Positions 9,147-17,433 are shown, counted from the first letter of the stretch. The stretch: 24,000 nt of DNA from Anaerosolibacter carboniphilus (GCF_014205875.1 NZ_JACHEN010000022.1:49524-73523), one strand, 5' to 3'. The notes: a model not told the origin generated them from the sequence alone. Translations and numbers: made by a program.

Positions 9147-9219
9147 AAAAAAACCTTAAAGGCATGCTCATAACACCTTGTACAAGCAAGATGTTCAGAG
9201 TATGCTTTTAAGGTTTTTT
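9147..9219. terminator. Long bidirectional terminator between convergent genes
   Basis: AAAAAAACCTTAAAGGCATGCTC (9147-9169) pairs with GAGTATGCTTTTAAGGTTTTTT (9198-9219) using 2 G-U positions. The inner palindrome is CTTGTACAAG. An A-run and a T-run flank the stem on either side. Confidence 0.7.
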
Positions 9220-9335
9220 CAGCTTTCTAAGCAATATACTCAGTTGGTGGTGACATAATAGGCCAGTAAAACGAAAGTCTAGTTATAATAAAGGGAAGCT
9301 TAACCTGTCTAAGCTGCATATGGATCCAAATTTGA

Positions 9336-9653
9336 CTATTCTTTTGTAATAATCATTTCCACATTTCGAGGTAAAGCCAATCCCATTTCAACTTCGATTG
9401 CTTTTATGATAGCCGATGGCACGGGGCAGGCTAAATGCTTACAGTATTTATCTGTTACTTGATATACCAGAGAGGATGAAAATTTAGAAAAGCATTCATT
9501 CATTCCATTCAGCTCCTTTAATTCTTCAGCCATTTGATTGATATGATTGCATTTGGATTCAATATGGATTTCTGATGTTTTTCTGTCTTTTTTATGGACG
9601 ACAATTTTTGCTTCCATACCACAAACGCCAGGATGAACAATTACTGTTGACAT
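9336..9653 (-). CDS. Small conserved-looking Cys-containing protein, function unknown
   Basis: 105-aa ORF with RBS GGAGG upstream on the minus strand (plus-strand CCTCC at 9661-9665). Cys residues occur in PGVCG, SKCNH, NECF and KYCKHLACPVP. I recognise no catalytic motif. Confidence 0.6.
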   Translation of the reverse strand: MSTVIVHPGVCGMEAKIVVHKKDRKTSEIHIESKCNHINQMAEELKELNGMNECFSKFSSSLVYQVTDKYCKHLACPVPSAIIKAIEVEMGLALPRNVEMIITKE

Positions 9654-9730
9654 AAGAATACCTCCATTCGTAAATCCTATTTAATTACATTATGGCATTA
9701 ATCGATGGGAAAGCAAGAAAATTTTTAATA

Positions 9731-9760
9731 TTGACTCTTTTTCGATTTTGATGTTATGAT
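9731..9760 (+). promoter_or_regulatory. Candidate sigma-70 promoter for folT
   Basis: TTGACT (9731-9736), 18-nt spacer, TATGAT (9755-9760) preceded by TGT (extended -10-like). Confidence 0.45.
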
Positions 9761-9862
9761 TAAACACAAAATGGAAATCCAGAAATTGGGTATTTATATT
9801 TTATGAAATTTTAAATTTTGTTTTATGAATAGGCGTTGCCGTGCAGAAGGGAGGTGACATAT

Positions 9863-10387
9863 GTGAGCAACGTAAGAAAAATGGTATTTTTGAGCCTGTT
9901 TATTGCTTTGGAAGTTGTACTTACTCGTTTTCTTTCTGTCCAAACGCCAATTGTGAGAATCGGGTTTACTTTTCTACCCATCGCCATATCATCGATGATG
10001 TTTGGCCCTATTTTCGGAGGGGTAGCCGCTGCATTGGCGGACATCATAGGAATGATGGTTTTTCCATCAGGAGGTGCATACTTCCCTGGATTTACCCTAA
10101 CTGCTTTTCTAAGTGGTGTCATTTATGGTGTGGTGCTGTATAAAAAACCTAAGAATTTAGTTCGCATCAGCATTTCTGCCATCATTGTTTCGATCGTTAT
10201 AAATCTCGGACTGGATACGGTGTGGCTTATGATCCTAACAGGAAAGGGATTCATCGCCCTGTTACCAGCTAGAATTATTAAGTGTTTGGTCATGATTCCT
10301 ATACAGATACCAATGATCCATATTGTTTGGAACTATACGGTAGGTCGTCTGGATTTTAATTATGCTACGAAGGGTGTAAATGCTTAA
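9863..10387 (+). CDS. folT: ECF-transporter substrate-specific (S) component, folate family (FolT-like)
   Basis: Hydrophobic ~175-aa protein. N-terminus ...RKMVFLSLFIALEVVLTRFLS, then GFTFLPIAISSMMFGP and GMMVFPSGGAYFPGFTLTAFLSG, as in FolT. The ORF track start 9836 lacks an RBS, whereas GTG 9863 lies 8 nt after GGGAGG. ATG 9881 is an alternative. Confidence 0.7.
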   Translation: MSNVRKMVFLSLFIALEVVLTRFLSVQTPIVRIGFTFLPIAISSMMFGPIFGGVAAALADIIGMMVFPSGGAYFPGFTLTAFLSGVIYGVVLYKKPKNLVRISISAIIVSIVINLGLDTVWLMILTGKGFIALLPARIIKCLVMIPIQIPMIHIVWNYTVGRLDFNYATKGVNA

Positions 10388-10397
10388 ATAGATTGGG

Positions 10398-10432
10398 AAA
10401 AACCTTGCTGTGATTGGTCAGCAAGGTTTTTT
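10398..10432 (+). terminator. Rho-independent terminator after folT
   Basis: AAAAACCTTGCTG-(8-nt loop)-CAGCAAGGTTTTT followed by a T-run. Confidence 0.8.
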
Positions 10433-10482
10433 ATTGATATATATAATATTTTGAATATTTCAAAAAAACGCCTCTTGATATA

Positions 10483-10511
10483 TTGACATGTTTTGATTGA
10501 TTGAATATAAT
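10483..10511 (+). promoter_or_regulatory. Consensus sigma-70 promoter of the corrinoid protein/fhs/folD/fchA/metF operon
   Basis: TTGACA (10483-10488), exactly 17 nt, TATAAT (10506-10511). It lies ~265 nt upstream of the first start codon. Confidence 0.6.
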
Positions 10512-10782
10512 TAAGCTAAAGTTATAACAGTTAGATACATGTATATACAGGTTTTGTGTGAAGTGTAAATGAATAAAACATGATAGACAAATGAAAATGA
10601 ATGATTCTTAGAACGCTGATTCGAGTTATGCTTATTCCTGTTGATGGAAAACGTTTTTGTGTTTTCTTATATTTGAAATCATAATATGCAGCATATGCTG
10701 ATGGCGTTTCGTAGATATCATAATTCGGATTTTCAAGGATGAGTAGGACATAAAAAATAATGAATAAGGGGGATATGAACGT

Positions 10783-11421
10783 ATGATGGATTTAAGTGCA
10801 TTAAAGCAAGCTGTTGGAGACCTTGATGAAGGGACCGTGCTAGACATGCTAAACAAATTTGTAGCCACAAATCCTGGTGAAGAAGAAGCACAAAAGGTGG
10901 TCAATGCATGTCAGCAGGGAATGGCAGTTGTAGGGGATTTGTTTGACAAGGGTGAGTATTTTGTAGGGGATCTGATTTTTGCAGGGGAGCTTCTTACCAG
11001 TGCCATTGATGTGTTAAAACCAGTCATTGGATCAGGAAGCACAGAAAAGGCAGGAACCATCGTCCTTGGTACAGTACAAGGAGATTTGCATGACATCGGA
11101 AAGAACATTTTCAAAAGCATGGCAGAAGCAGCTGGTTTCGAGGTTCATGACCTTGGCATTGATGTGTCTGTGGATGCTTTCGTAGAAAAGGTAAAGGAAG
11201 TAAAACCACAAATCGTAGGTATGAGCGGTGTTCTAACCCTAGCCATTGATGCCATGAAAAATACAATCGATGAACTGAAGACTGCAGGTGTAAGGGATGA
11301 TATTAAAATTGTTATCGGTGGAAACCCTGTAACGAAAGAAGCCTGTGAGTTGGTAGGGGCCGATGCCTTCACCACCAATGCAGCAGAAGGTATCAAAATA
11401 TGCCAGGGGTGGGTGTGCTAA
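10783..11421 (+). CDS. Cobalamin(corrinoid)-binding protein, MtaC/MtbC/MttC-like (copy 1)
   Basis: 212 aa with an N-terminal helical cap domain, then the B12-binding motif [11 protein letters not shown] (DxHxxG), MSGVLT and the Rossmann-like ...KIVIGG... segment. RBS AAGGGGGA. Confidence 0.85.
   Translation: MMDLSALKQAVGDLDEGTVLDMLNKFVATNPGEEEAQKVVNACQQGMAVVGDLFDKGEYFVGDLIFAGELLTSAIDVLKPVIGSGSTEKAGTIVLGTVQGDLHDIGKNIFKSMAEAAGFEVHDLGIDVSVDAFVEKVKEVKPQIVGMSGVLTLAIDAMKNTIDELKTAGVRDDIKIVIGGNPVTKEACELVGADAFTTNAAEGIKICQGWVC
10878..11094 (+). repeat. High-identity duplicated segment shared with corrinoid protein copy 2 (partner 23784-24000)
   Basis: By-eye alignment at an offset of 12906 nt gives about 14 mismatches in 217 nt. 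The first ~95 nt of the two genes are much more diverged. Confidence 0.8.
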
Positions 11422-11422
11422 T

Positions 11423-11510
11423 ATAGCAGATGCGGGATCTTTACAGCAGGAGAGAACGCGGCTGTTTATAGATATATTACCAGCAGCAAATGTTTTATCA
11501 AGAAAAGTTG
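11423..11510 (+). pseudogene. Decayed 5' remnant of a third URO-D-like methyltransferase paralog
   Basis: It translates as [19 protein letters not shown]... versus the N-termini MSDVKKLQQERKQLFEDLF (20366) and MTDVKALQQERVQIFTDLF (22031). ATA replaces the ATG, similarity is lost after ~19 codons, and the fhs RBS and start follow at 11540. Confidence 0.5.
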
Positions 11511-11539
11511 TTCATAATGATCAAAGAAGGGGGATTTTT

Positions 11540-13210
11540 ATGAAGACAGATGTACAAATTGCGCAAGAAGCCAAGATGCTTCCGATCATGGACGTGGCGA
11601 AAAATCTTGGAATTGGGGAAGATGAACTGGAGCTTTATGGCAAATATAAGGCAAAGGTTTCTCTGGATGTATTAAAGAGACTTGAAAACAAACCGAATGG
11701 GAAATTGGTTTTGGTTACGGCAATCAATCCAACGCCAGCAGGAGAGGGAAAGACAACAACGAATGTGGGCCTGTCTATGGGATTAAACAAGATAGGGAAA
11801 AAGACAATTACAGCTTTAAGGGAACCTTCCCTTGGACCATGCTTCGGTGTAAAGGGAGGAGCTGCTGGCGGTGGATATGCCCAAGTTGTGCCCATGGATG
11901 ATATCAATCTCCACTTTACGGGAGACTTCCATGCCATTACCTCAGCCCATAACCTTCTCGCAGCTTTATTAGACAATCACCTCCATCAGGGGAATGAATT
12001 AAATATCGATCCAAAGCGAGTGGTTTGGAGAAGGGTGCTCGACATGAATGATAGAGCTCTAAGGAACTTAGTGCTGGGTCTAGGTGGAAAGGGAGATGGT
12101 TTTGTTAGACAAGGTGGATTTGATATAACGGTTGCATCGGAAATCATGGCCATCCTTTGCCTCGCAGACAGTCTTTCAGATCTAAAGAACCGGCTTTCGA
12201 GGATGGTTGTTGCATATGATAGAGACGGGAAGGCGGTTACAGCGGGAGATTTGGAAGCAACAGGTGCGATGACACTGCTTCTGAAAGACGCCATCAAGCC
12301 AAACTTGGTTCAGACCCTTGAGAATACACCAGCGTTTATCCATGGTGGGCCATTCGCAAACATTGCCCATGGATGCAACTCCGTCATGGCTACAAAGGTG
12401 GCACTAAAGTTAGCTGACTATGTTGTGACAGAAGCAGGATTCGGTGCTGATCTCGGAGCTGAGAAGTTCTTCGACATCAAGTGCAGATTTGCAGGTCTGC
12501 ATCCAGATGCCGCCGTAATCGTAGCTACAGTAAGAGCTCTTAAAATGCATGGTGGTGTTGCGAAGCACGAACTTAGCTTTGAAAATCTTGATGCCCTTGC
12601 CAAGGGATTTGAAAATATCGAAAGGCATATTGAAAATGTTGCCAAGTTTGGTGTGCCAGTGGTGGTTGCAATCAACAAATTTCCAACAGATACAGAAGCA
12701 GAGATTAACCTTTTAAGAGAAAAATGCAGTGTATATGGAGTAGAGGTTGTACTATCTGAAGTATTCACAAAAGGTGGAGAAGGCGGCGTTGACCTTGCCA
12801 AAAAGGTTGTTGAGATTTGTGAGAGCAAAGAAAGCCACTATGCGCCCCTATATGATGTGGAAGGAACAATTCCAGAAAAGATCACAAAAATTGCAACTGA
12901 AATATACAGGGCGGACAGTGTAGAATTTACACCAGAAGCGAAGAAGCAAATTTCAAATATCAAAAAGCTAGGACTTGATAAAATGCCGATTTGTATGGCG
13001 AAGACCCAATACTCATTCTCTGATAATCCATCCCTCCTTGGTGCGCCAACTGGATTTAAAGTAACGGTTAGAGAGGTCAGGGTATCAGCAGGTGCAGGTT
13101 TCCTAGTGGCATTAACTGGAGAAATTATGACGATGCCTGGTCTTCCAAAGGTTCCTGCAGCCAATGGTATGGATATTACAGAGGATGGAGAAATTATCGG
13201 TCTATCATAA
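11540..13210 (+). CDS. fhs: Formate--tetrahydrofolate ligase
   Basis: N-terminus [16 protein letters not shown]..., P-loop-like [34 protein letters not shown] and the C-terminal ...[11 protein letters not shown].. tail. The ORF-track start 11363 is a read-through artefact overlapping the upstream gene. ATG 11540 has RBS AGAAGGGGG. Confidence 0.95.
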   Translation: MKTDVQIAQEAKMLPIMDVAKNLGIGEDELELYGKYKAKVSLDVLKRLENKPNGKLVLVTAINPTPAGEGKTTTNVGLSMGLNKIGKKTITALREPSLGPCFGVKGGAAGGGYAQVVPMDDINLHFTGDFHAITSAHNLLAALLDNHLHQGNELNIDPKRVVWRRVLDMNDRALRNLVLGLGGKGDGFVRQGGFDITVASEIMAILCLADSLSDLKNRLSRMVVAYDRDGKAVTAGDLEATGAMTLLLKDAIKPNLVQTLENTPAFIHGGPFANIAHGCNSVMATKVALKLADYVVTEAGFGADLGAEKFFDIKCRFAGLHPDAAVIVATVRALKMHGGVAKHELSFENLDALAKGFENIERHIENVAKFGVPVVVAINKFPTDTEAEINLLREKCSVYGVEVVLSEVFTKGGEGGVDLAKKVVEICESKESHYAPLYDVEGTIPEKITKIATEIYRADSVEFTPEAKKQISNIKKLGLDKMPICMAKTQYSFSDNPSLLGAPTGFKVTVREVRVSAGAGFLVALTGEIMTMPGLPKVPAANGMDITEDGEIIGLS

Positions 13211-13292
13211 TCTGTACATAAATAAATATATGATGAGAATTGTTTTAATGTAAAAAAAATAGCATTACGAGAGATTATTGGGGGGAACTGAA

Positions 13293-14162
13293 GTGGGCGT
13301 TAAATTAGATGGTAAACCAGTAGTACAGCACTTGAGGGAAGATATCAAAAAGAGAGTAGCATTGCTTGAAGAGGATGGAAATACACCAACGATGCTCATC
13401 ATTCGTGTGGGTGAACGGGAAGATGATATTTCTTATGAAAAAAGCATACTAAAAAATTGTGAGATTCTTGGCATTCGAAGCTTTGTAAAATGCCTGCCTG
13501 TAGATGTTTCACAAGAAGATCTCATCGCTGTCATTGAGCAGGCCAATACCAATGATGATATTCATGGTATTATGCTTTTCAGGCCGCTGCCGGCGCATCT
13601 TGATTTAGAGGTCATTAGAGATGTTATAAACCCTATGAAAGACATCGACTGTATGAATCCTGTAAATCTACAAAAGGTGTTGGAAACCAATGTGAAGGGA
13701 ATAGCACCTTGTACGCCTAAAGCGGTTGTAGAATTGCTTAAATACTATAACATTCCTTTAGAAGGGGCCAATATCACTATGGTAGGGAGTAGTTTGGTTG
13801 TAGGTAAGCCATTGGGATTACTTCTTATAGAAGAAAAGGCAACGGTGACTTTTTGTCACATATACACAAAAGATGTGGCAGCTTTTACAACGAAAGCAGA
13901 TATTGTCATTGTAGCTATCGGAAAGGCAAAACTGATAAAAGACAACTATTTCAATGAAAATACTGTTGTTATAGATGTAGGGATTAATGTCACAGAGGAC
14001 GGAAAAATCTGTGGAGATGTGGATTATGACTTGGTTTTTGACAAGGTAAAAGCCATCACCCCTACAGTAGGTGGTATAGGAATTATCACCACTACCATAC
14101 TATTAAGTCATGTGGTAGAAGCATGTGAAACGTTCGTGCAGTCATATAGTGTGAATGCATAA
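13293..14162 (+). CDS. folD: Bifunctional methylene-THF dehydrogenase / methenyl-THF cyclohydrolase
   Basis: Motifs: KLDGKPV..., P.L.IIRVGEREDDISYEKS, HGIMLFRPLP, INP.KDIDC, PCTPKAV, VG.S..VGKP, TPTVGGIG. I prefer GTG 13293 (after GGGGGGAA) to the TTG 13278 in the ORF track. Confidence 0.9.
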   Translation: MGVKLDGKPVVQHLREDIKKRVALLEEDGNTPTMLIIRVGEREDDISYEKSILKNCEILGIRSFVKCLPVDVSQEDLIAVIEQANTNDDIHGIMLFRPLPAHLDLEVIRDVINPMKDIDCMNPVNLQKVLETNVKGIAPCTPKAVVELLKYYNIPLEGANITMVGSSLVVGKPLGLLLIEEKATVTFCHIYTKDVAAFTTKADIVIVAIGKAKLIKDNYFNENTVVIDVGINVTEDGKICGDVDYDLVFDKVKAITPTVGGIGIITTTILLSHVVEACETFVQSYSVNA

Positions 14163-14207
14163 AAATATGAATTGCAAAAGTAGATTAGGACGGTAGACGG
14201 AGTCAAA

Positions 14208-14903
14208 ATGGACCATGAGAAGAGAAGGCAGGAAATAGATACTGCCTTCTTTAACGAATTGGGAGGGATACCCTTGCTGGAGAAAAGCTGTGATGATTTT
14301 TTACAAGAACTCTCATCAAAATCTCCTGTACCAGGTGGTGGTGGAGCATCCGCTTATGTGGGCGCCCTGGGGATGGCCTTGGGTAGTATGGTAGGAAACC
14401 TTACCCTGGGGAAAAAGAAATATAAAGATGTGGAAGAAGACATTCATGAATTATTGGGAAAATCCGAAGAGATTATTCTTCAGCTAAAAGATCTTGTTGC
14501 AAGGGATGCTGAAGTATTCTACCCCCTATCCCAAGCATATGGATTACCTCAAAATACAGAAGAAGAAAAAAAAGAGAAGGATGAGAAGCTGCAGCAGGCT
14601 ATCATTGGGGCGACAATAGTTCCACTAGATATTGCTCGCTATTGTTTAAAAGCCATCGATTTACATGGGGAATATGCACAAAAAGGTACACGTATTGCTA
14701 TCAGTGATGTTGGTGTCGGTGTCGCATTTTGCAAGGCGGCGCTGCAGGGGGCGAAACTGAACGTTTTGATCAATACAAAAATGATGAAAGACAGCGTACT
14801 GAAAAATGATATTGAATGTCAGCTGCGTGAAATTGAAAATGAAGGAATAGGGAAAGCTGATCAAATATTACAATATGTTGAAGAATTACTTACAGCAGAA
14901 TAG
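14208..14903 (+). CDS. fchA: Cyclodeaminase/cyclohydrolase family protein (FTCD C-terminal domain; FchA-like methenyl-THF cyclohydrolase)
   Basis: L.ELSSKSPVPGGGGASAYVGALGMALGSMV is the signature N-terminal segment of the formiminotransferase-cyclodeaminase C-domain family. Position after fhs/folD fits. The start is uncertain. Confidence 0.75.
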   Translation: MDHEKRRQEIDTAFFNELGGIPLLEKSCDDFLQELSSKSPVPGGGGASAYVGALGMALGSMVGNLTLGKKKYKDVEEDIHELLGKSEEIILQLKDLVARDAEVFYPLSQAYGLPQNTEEEKKEKDEKLQQAIIGATIVPLDIARYCLKAIDLHGEYAQKGTRIAISDVGVGVAFCKAALQGAKLNVLINTKMMKDSVLKNDIECQLREIENEGIGKADQILQYVEELLTAE

Positions 14904-14955
14904 TATACATAATTGACAAGTTTCACAGTGGCATATCGTTCAAAGGGGGAATATT

Positions 14956-16527
14956 ATGTCAACAAGGAAACTCTCTTTCCGAGAAGCATTGCTCGATCCG
15001 GAACAAATGTCCGTTACGTGGGAATTGGTTCCAGGCAGGGGTGCACGAGAAGAGGCTCAGGAAAGTGTTGCTCAGATGGCTGAACTGGCTGCTAGGGATT
15101 CTAGAATTAACTCCATCACCCTAACGGATAACCCAAGTGGAAAGCCTGCTATACTGCCCTATCCTTTAGCCCTTGAAGCAAAAGAGCTAGGGATTGAAAC
15201 ACTGATACATTTTACCTGTAAAGATAAAAATAGAAATGACATAGAAAGTGAGCTCCATGCCCTTGCCAGATCAGGCCTTCCAAATCTGCTGGTGATGACT
15301 GGAGATTATACGACGGAGGGGTTCGGAGGTCGGCCCAAACCAGTATTTGACCTTGATGCGGTGCAGGCCTTAAGATTTATTAGAAAGATGAATAATGGAT
15401 TTGAAATACCAGCCCATAAAGGCTCTAAAAAGCTTCAAAATACGGATTTCTTTGCCGGTGCAGTCGTGTCTCCTTTTAAATCAAAGGAAGCTGAATTGAT
15501 GGCGCAATATTATAAAATGCATAAAAAGATTGCAGAGGGTGCCCAGTTTATTGTGACTCAATTGGGATATGACGCAAGAAAGTTTGATGAGCTGAAGCGG
15601 TATATGGATTGGTACAACTTAAAAACGCCTTTGGTAGGCAATATATTTGTACTGTCTTTACCTGTAGCGAAGATGATGAATAAAAACCTTATTCCAGGGT
15701 GTGTCGTTACGGATAAGATGGTTGCAGACTTAGAAGCTGAAAAAGCCAAGGGAAATGTAAAGGAACAACAATTATTAAGATCTGCGAAGCTCTATGCCAT
15801 CTTTAAAGGATTAAAATACAATGGAGTAACCATTGCAGGACATGGAATCGGTTATACCGATGTAAAGCATATAATTGAAAAGGGTGAAGAGCTAAGTGCC
15901 AATTGGCTGGATTATGTAGCGGAATTCGATTATCCTCAAGATAATGGATTCTATTTCTTCGAAAAGGATCCTGTGACGGGTTTAAATACCAACAAGATCG
16001 TGGATAGAAGCACAACTGGTGCTAGAGCTAAGTCTACCATGAAAGATGTCATGTTTAGCATGGTGCATCATCTCGCACTGAGTGAAAAAGCGCCCCTTTA
16101 CCCTATGATCAAAAAAATTGCAAAAAAAATAGATAAATCCTCTATGAAAAAACCGTTTACCAAAATGGAGTACTGGTCAAAAAGCATAATGCTTGAATGC
16201 CGCTTCTGTGGAGATTGTGTCATGCATGAACTTGCCTATACCTGCCCAATGTCTCAGTGCGCGAAGCACCAGAGAAACGGAGCCTGTGGCGGTAGTCGTG
16301 ATGGATGGTGTGAGGTCTATCCTGAAAAGCAGAAATGCATCTATGTAACGATGTACGAAAAGTTTAAAAATGCTGGAAAGGAAGGTACCATGAAAGAAGG
16401 TTACATACCTCCTGTGAACTGGGATTTATATAGGACATCCTCCTGGTTAAACTTCTTCGCTGGAAGAGATTATAATTACAGAAAAGATGTGGAAGAACAA
16501 GAAGAAGCTAAGAGTTATGCCGAATAA
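14956..16527 (+). CDS. metF: Methylenetetrahydrofolate reductase fused to a C-terminal Cys-rich MetV-like domain
   Basis: The N-terminal ~300 aa are MTHFR-like (SVTWELVPGRG, HFTCKD.NRN, LLVMTGDY, FIVTQLGYD). The C-terminal segment CRFCGDCVMHELAYTCPMSQCAKHQRNGACGGSRDGWCEV resembles the MTHFR C-terminal/MetV zinc-ribbon-like domain. Confidence 0.8.
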   Translation: MSTRKLSFREALLDPEQMSVTWELVPGRGAREEAQESVAQMAELAARDSRINSITLTDNPSGKPAILPYPLALEAKELGIETLIHFTCKDKNRNDIESELHALARSGLPNLLVMTGDYTTEGFGGRPKPVFDLDAVQALRFIRKMNNGFEIPAHKGSKKLQNTDFFAGAVVSPFKSKEAELMAQYYKMHKKIAEGAQFIVTQLGYDARKFDELKRYMDWYNLKTPLVGNIFVLSLPVAKMMNKNLIPGCVVTDKMVADLEAEKAKGNVKEQQLLRSAKLYAIFKGLKYNGVTIAGHGIGYTDVKHIIEKGEELSANWLDYVAEFDYPQDNGFYFFEKDPVTGLNTNKIVDRSTTGARAKSTMKDVMFSMVHHLALSEKAPLYPMIKKIAKKIDKSSMKKPFTKMEYWSKSIMLECRFCGDCVMHELAYTCPMSQCAKHQRNGACGGSRDGWCEVYPEKQKCIYVTMYEKFKNAGKEGTMKEGYIPPVNWDLYRTSSWLNFFAGRDYNYRKDVEEQEEAKSYAE

Positions 16528-16538
16528 TAAATCTTATC

Positions 16539-16578
16539 AAAAGGATACGGGGGCAGTGGACCTACCTCCGATCCTTTT
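16539..16578. terminator. Bidirectional terminator between convergent metF and the 16594-17433 gene
   Basis: AAAAGGATACGGGGG ... CCTCCGATCCTTTT forms a stem with one bulge, flanked by A- and T-runs. Confidence 0.6.
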
Positions 16579-16593
16579 CCTATTTTAAATATA

Positions 16594-17433
16594 TTATTTT
16601 TTGAATACAGATGATGAATTCATTGTATTGGTAGGAAAAATCTCAGCATTCTCCAATGCACTATAATGCAAATAGCCTCCGATATGGAGGATCGTATCAC
16701 CAAGTTCAGGATCGATTGTCATGCCGCCCATGCATGGGAAGCTATGCCATGCTTTGGCTACTACTTTTTTTGCTTCTTCCCCTAATTGGGCACCTATGAG
16801 GTGTTTCGCAACATTATACCCATTTCCACAGGGGGCAGACTGTATTACTTCAGCTTTTACGATAATATTTTCCGAATTTACGTAGAGGCGAAACTTGGGC
16901 TTTCCAATTCTAAAGGTATCCATAAATTGATTTAGAATTTCAAATTTGCCTTTTGTCATACTACAAAAAGGTTTTGGAAAATCGTATGCGAGCCCATACT
17001 TTTCACATTCATCGATCGCTTTCTCCCGAACCCATCTGGATACCCAATCGGCACCTTCGCAGGGAACTAGGAGAGCTTTCCCATTACTTTTAGCAATAAT
17101 TTTAGGCAGCTCAATCAAAATATCCTCATGAATACCAAGACATACAAATACATCACTCTCTTTAAATGCTTTGGGAAGGTACGCAAGAGGATCATCAAGG
17201 TAAATGGGATATAAATCAGGCAGACCGATCATTTCTTCAATAAAATTGGAAAAATCCAATTGGTATGCCCCCCTGCACCAATGGCATTTTTTCCCGCAAA
17301 GATTACATGCAAGCTTTGAATTTTGCATGTGAGGAATAAATTTAATATTGGCAAACCTTGTATCAGTCTTCATTTGGAATATATTTTGAGGCAGCATATG
17401 GCTTTTCTGAGAATAGACGATTGTGATTTTCAT
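16594..17433 (-). CDS. Cys-rich hypothetical protein, possibly COG1810/DUF166-like (assignment tentative)
   Basis: 279-aa ORF. Conserved-looking Cys contexts: CNLCGKKCHWC, LVPCEGADW, FPKPFCS, SAPCGNGY, HSFPCMGG. I cannot confirm the family without a profile search. Confidence 0.5.
   Translation of the reverse strand: MKITIVYSQKSHMLPQNIFQMKTDTRFANIKFIPHMQNSKLACNLCGKKCHWCRGAYQLDFSNFIEEMIGLPDLYPIYLDDPLAYLPKAFKESDVFVCLGIHEDILIELPKIIAKSNGKALLVPCEGADWVSRWVREKAIDECEKYGLAYDFPKPFCSMTKGKFEILNQFMDTFRIGKPKFRLYVNSENIIVKAEVIQSAPCGNGYNVAKHLIGAQLGEEAKKVVAKAWHSFPCMGGMTIDPELGDTILHIGGYLHYSALENAEIFPTNTMNSSSVFKK

Noticed and set aside
9767-9880. THF riboswitch upstream of folT, as expected from known folT regulation. 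The stretch AATAGGCGTTGCCGTGCAGAAGGGAGGTGACATATGTGAGCAACGTAAG superficially resembles the AGUAG...GCGUU...GGGAUG...AACGAAG core
   Set aside because: I could not find P2 or P4 helices, or a P1 closing helix. The GGGAGG is better explained as the RBS for GTG 9863. The remaining leader is AT-rich and unstructured. An Infernal scan would settle this.
9823-10143. ORFs 9823-10122 (-) and 9841-10143 (+) overlapping folT
   Set aside because: These are alternative-frame or antisense shadows of the FolT membrane-protein gene. Neither has an RBS or a recognisable motif.
10518-10782. Cobalamin riboswitch in the leader of the corrinoid-protein operon
   Set aside because: There is no B12-box (GCCACTG-like) and none of the typical GC-rich multi-helix core. 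The leader is AT-rich.
11363-11539. N-terminal 59-codon extension of the fhs ORF as listed in the ORF track, overlapping the corrinoid protein gene
   Set aside because: There is no RBS at 11363, and the extension overlaps the 3' end of the upstream CDS. The canonical Fhs N-terminus [10 protein letters not shown] starts at ATG 11540 behind AGAAGGGGG. The open frame is explained by the methyltransferase remnant.
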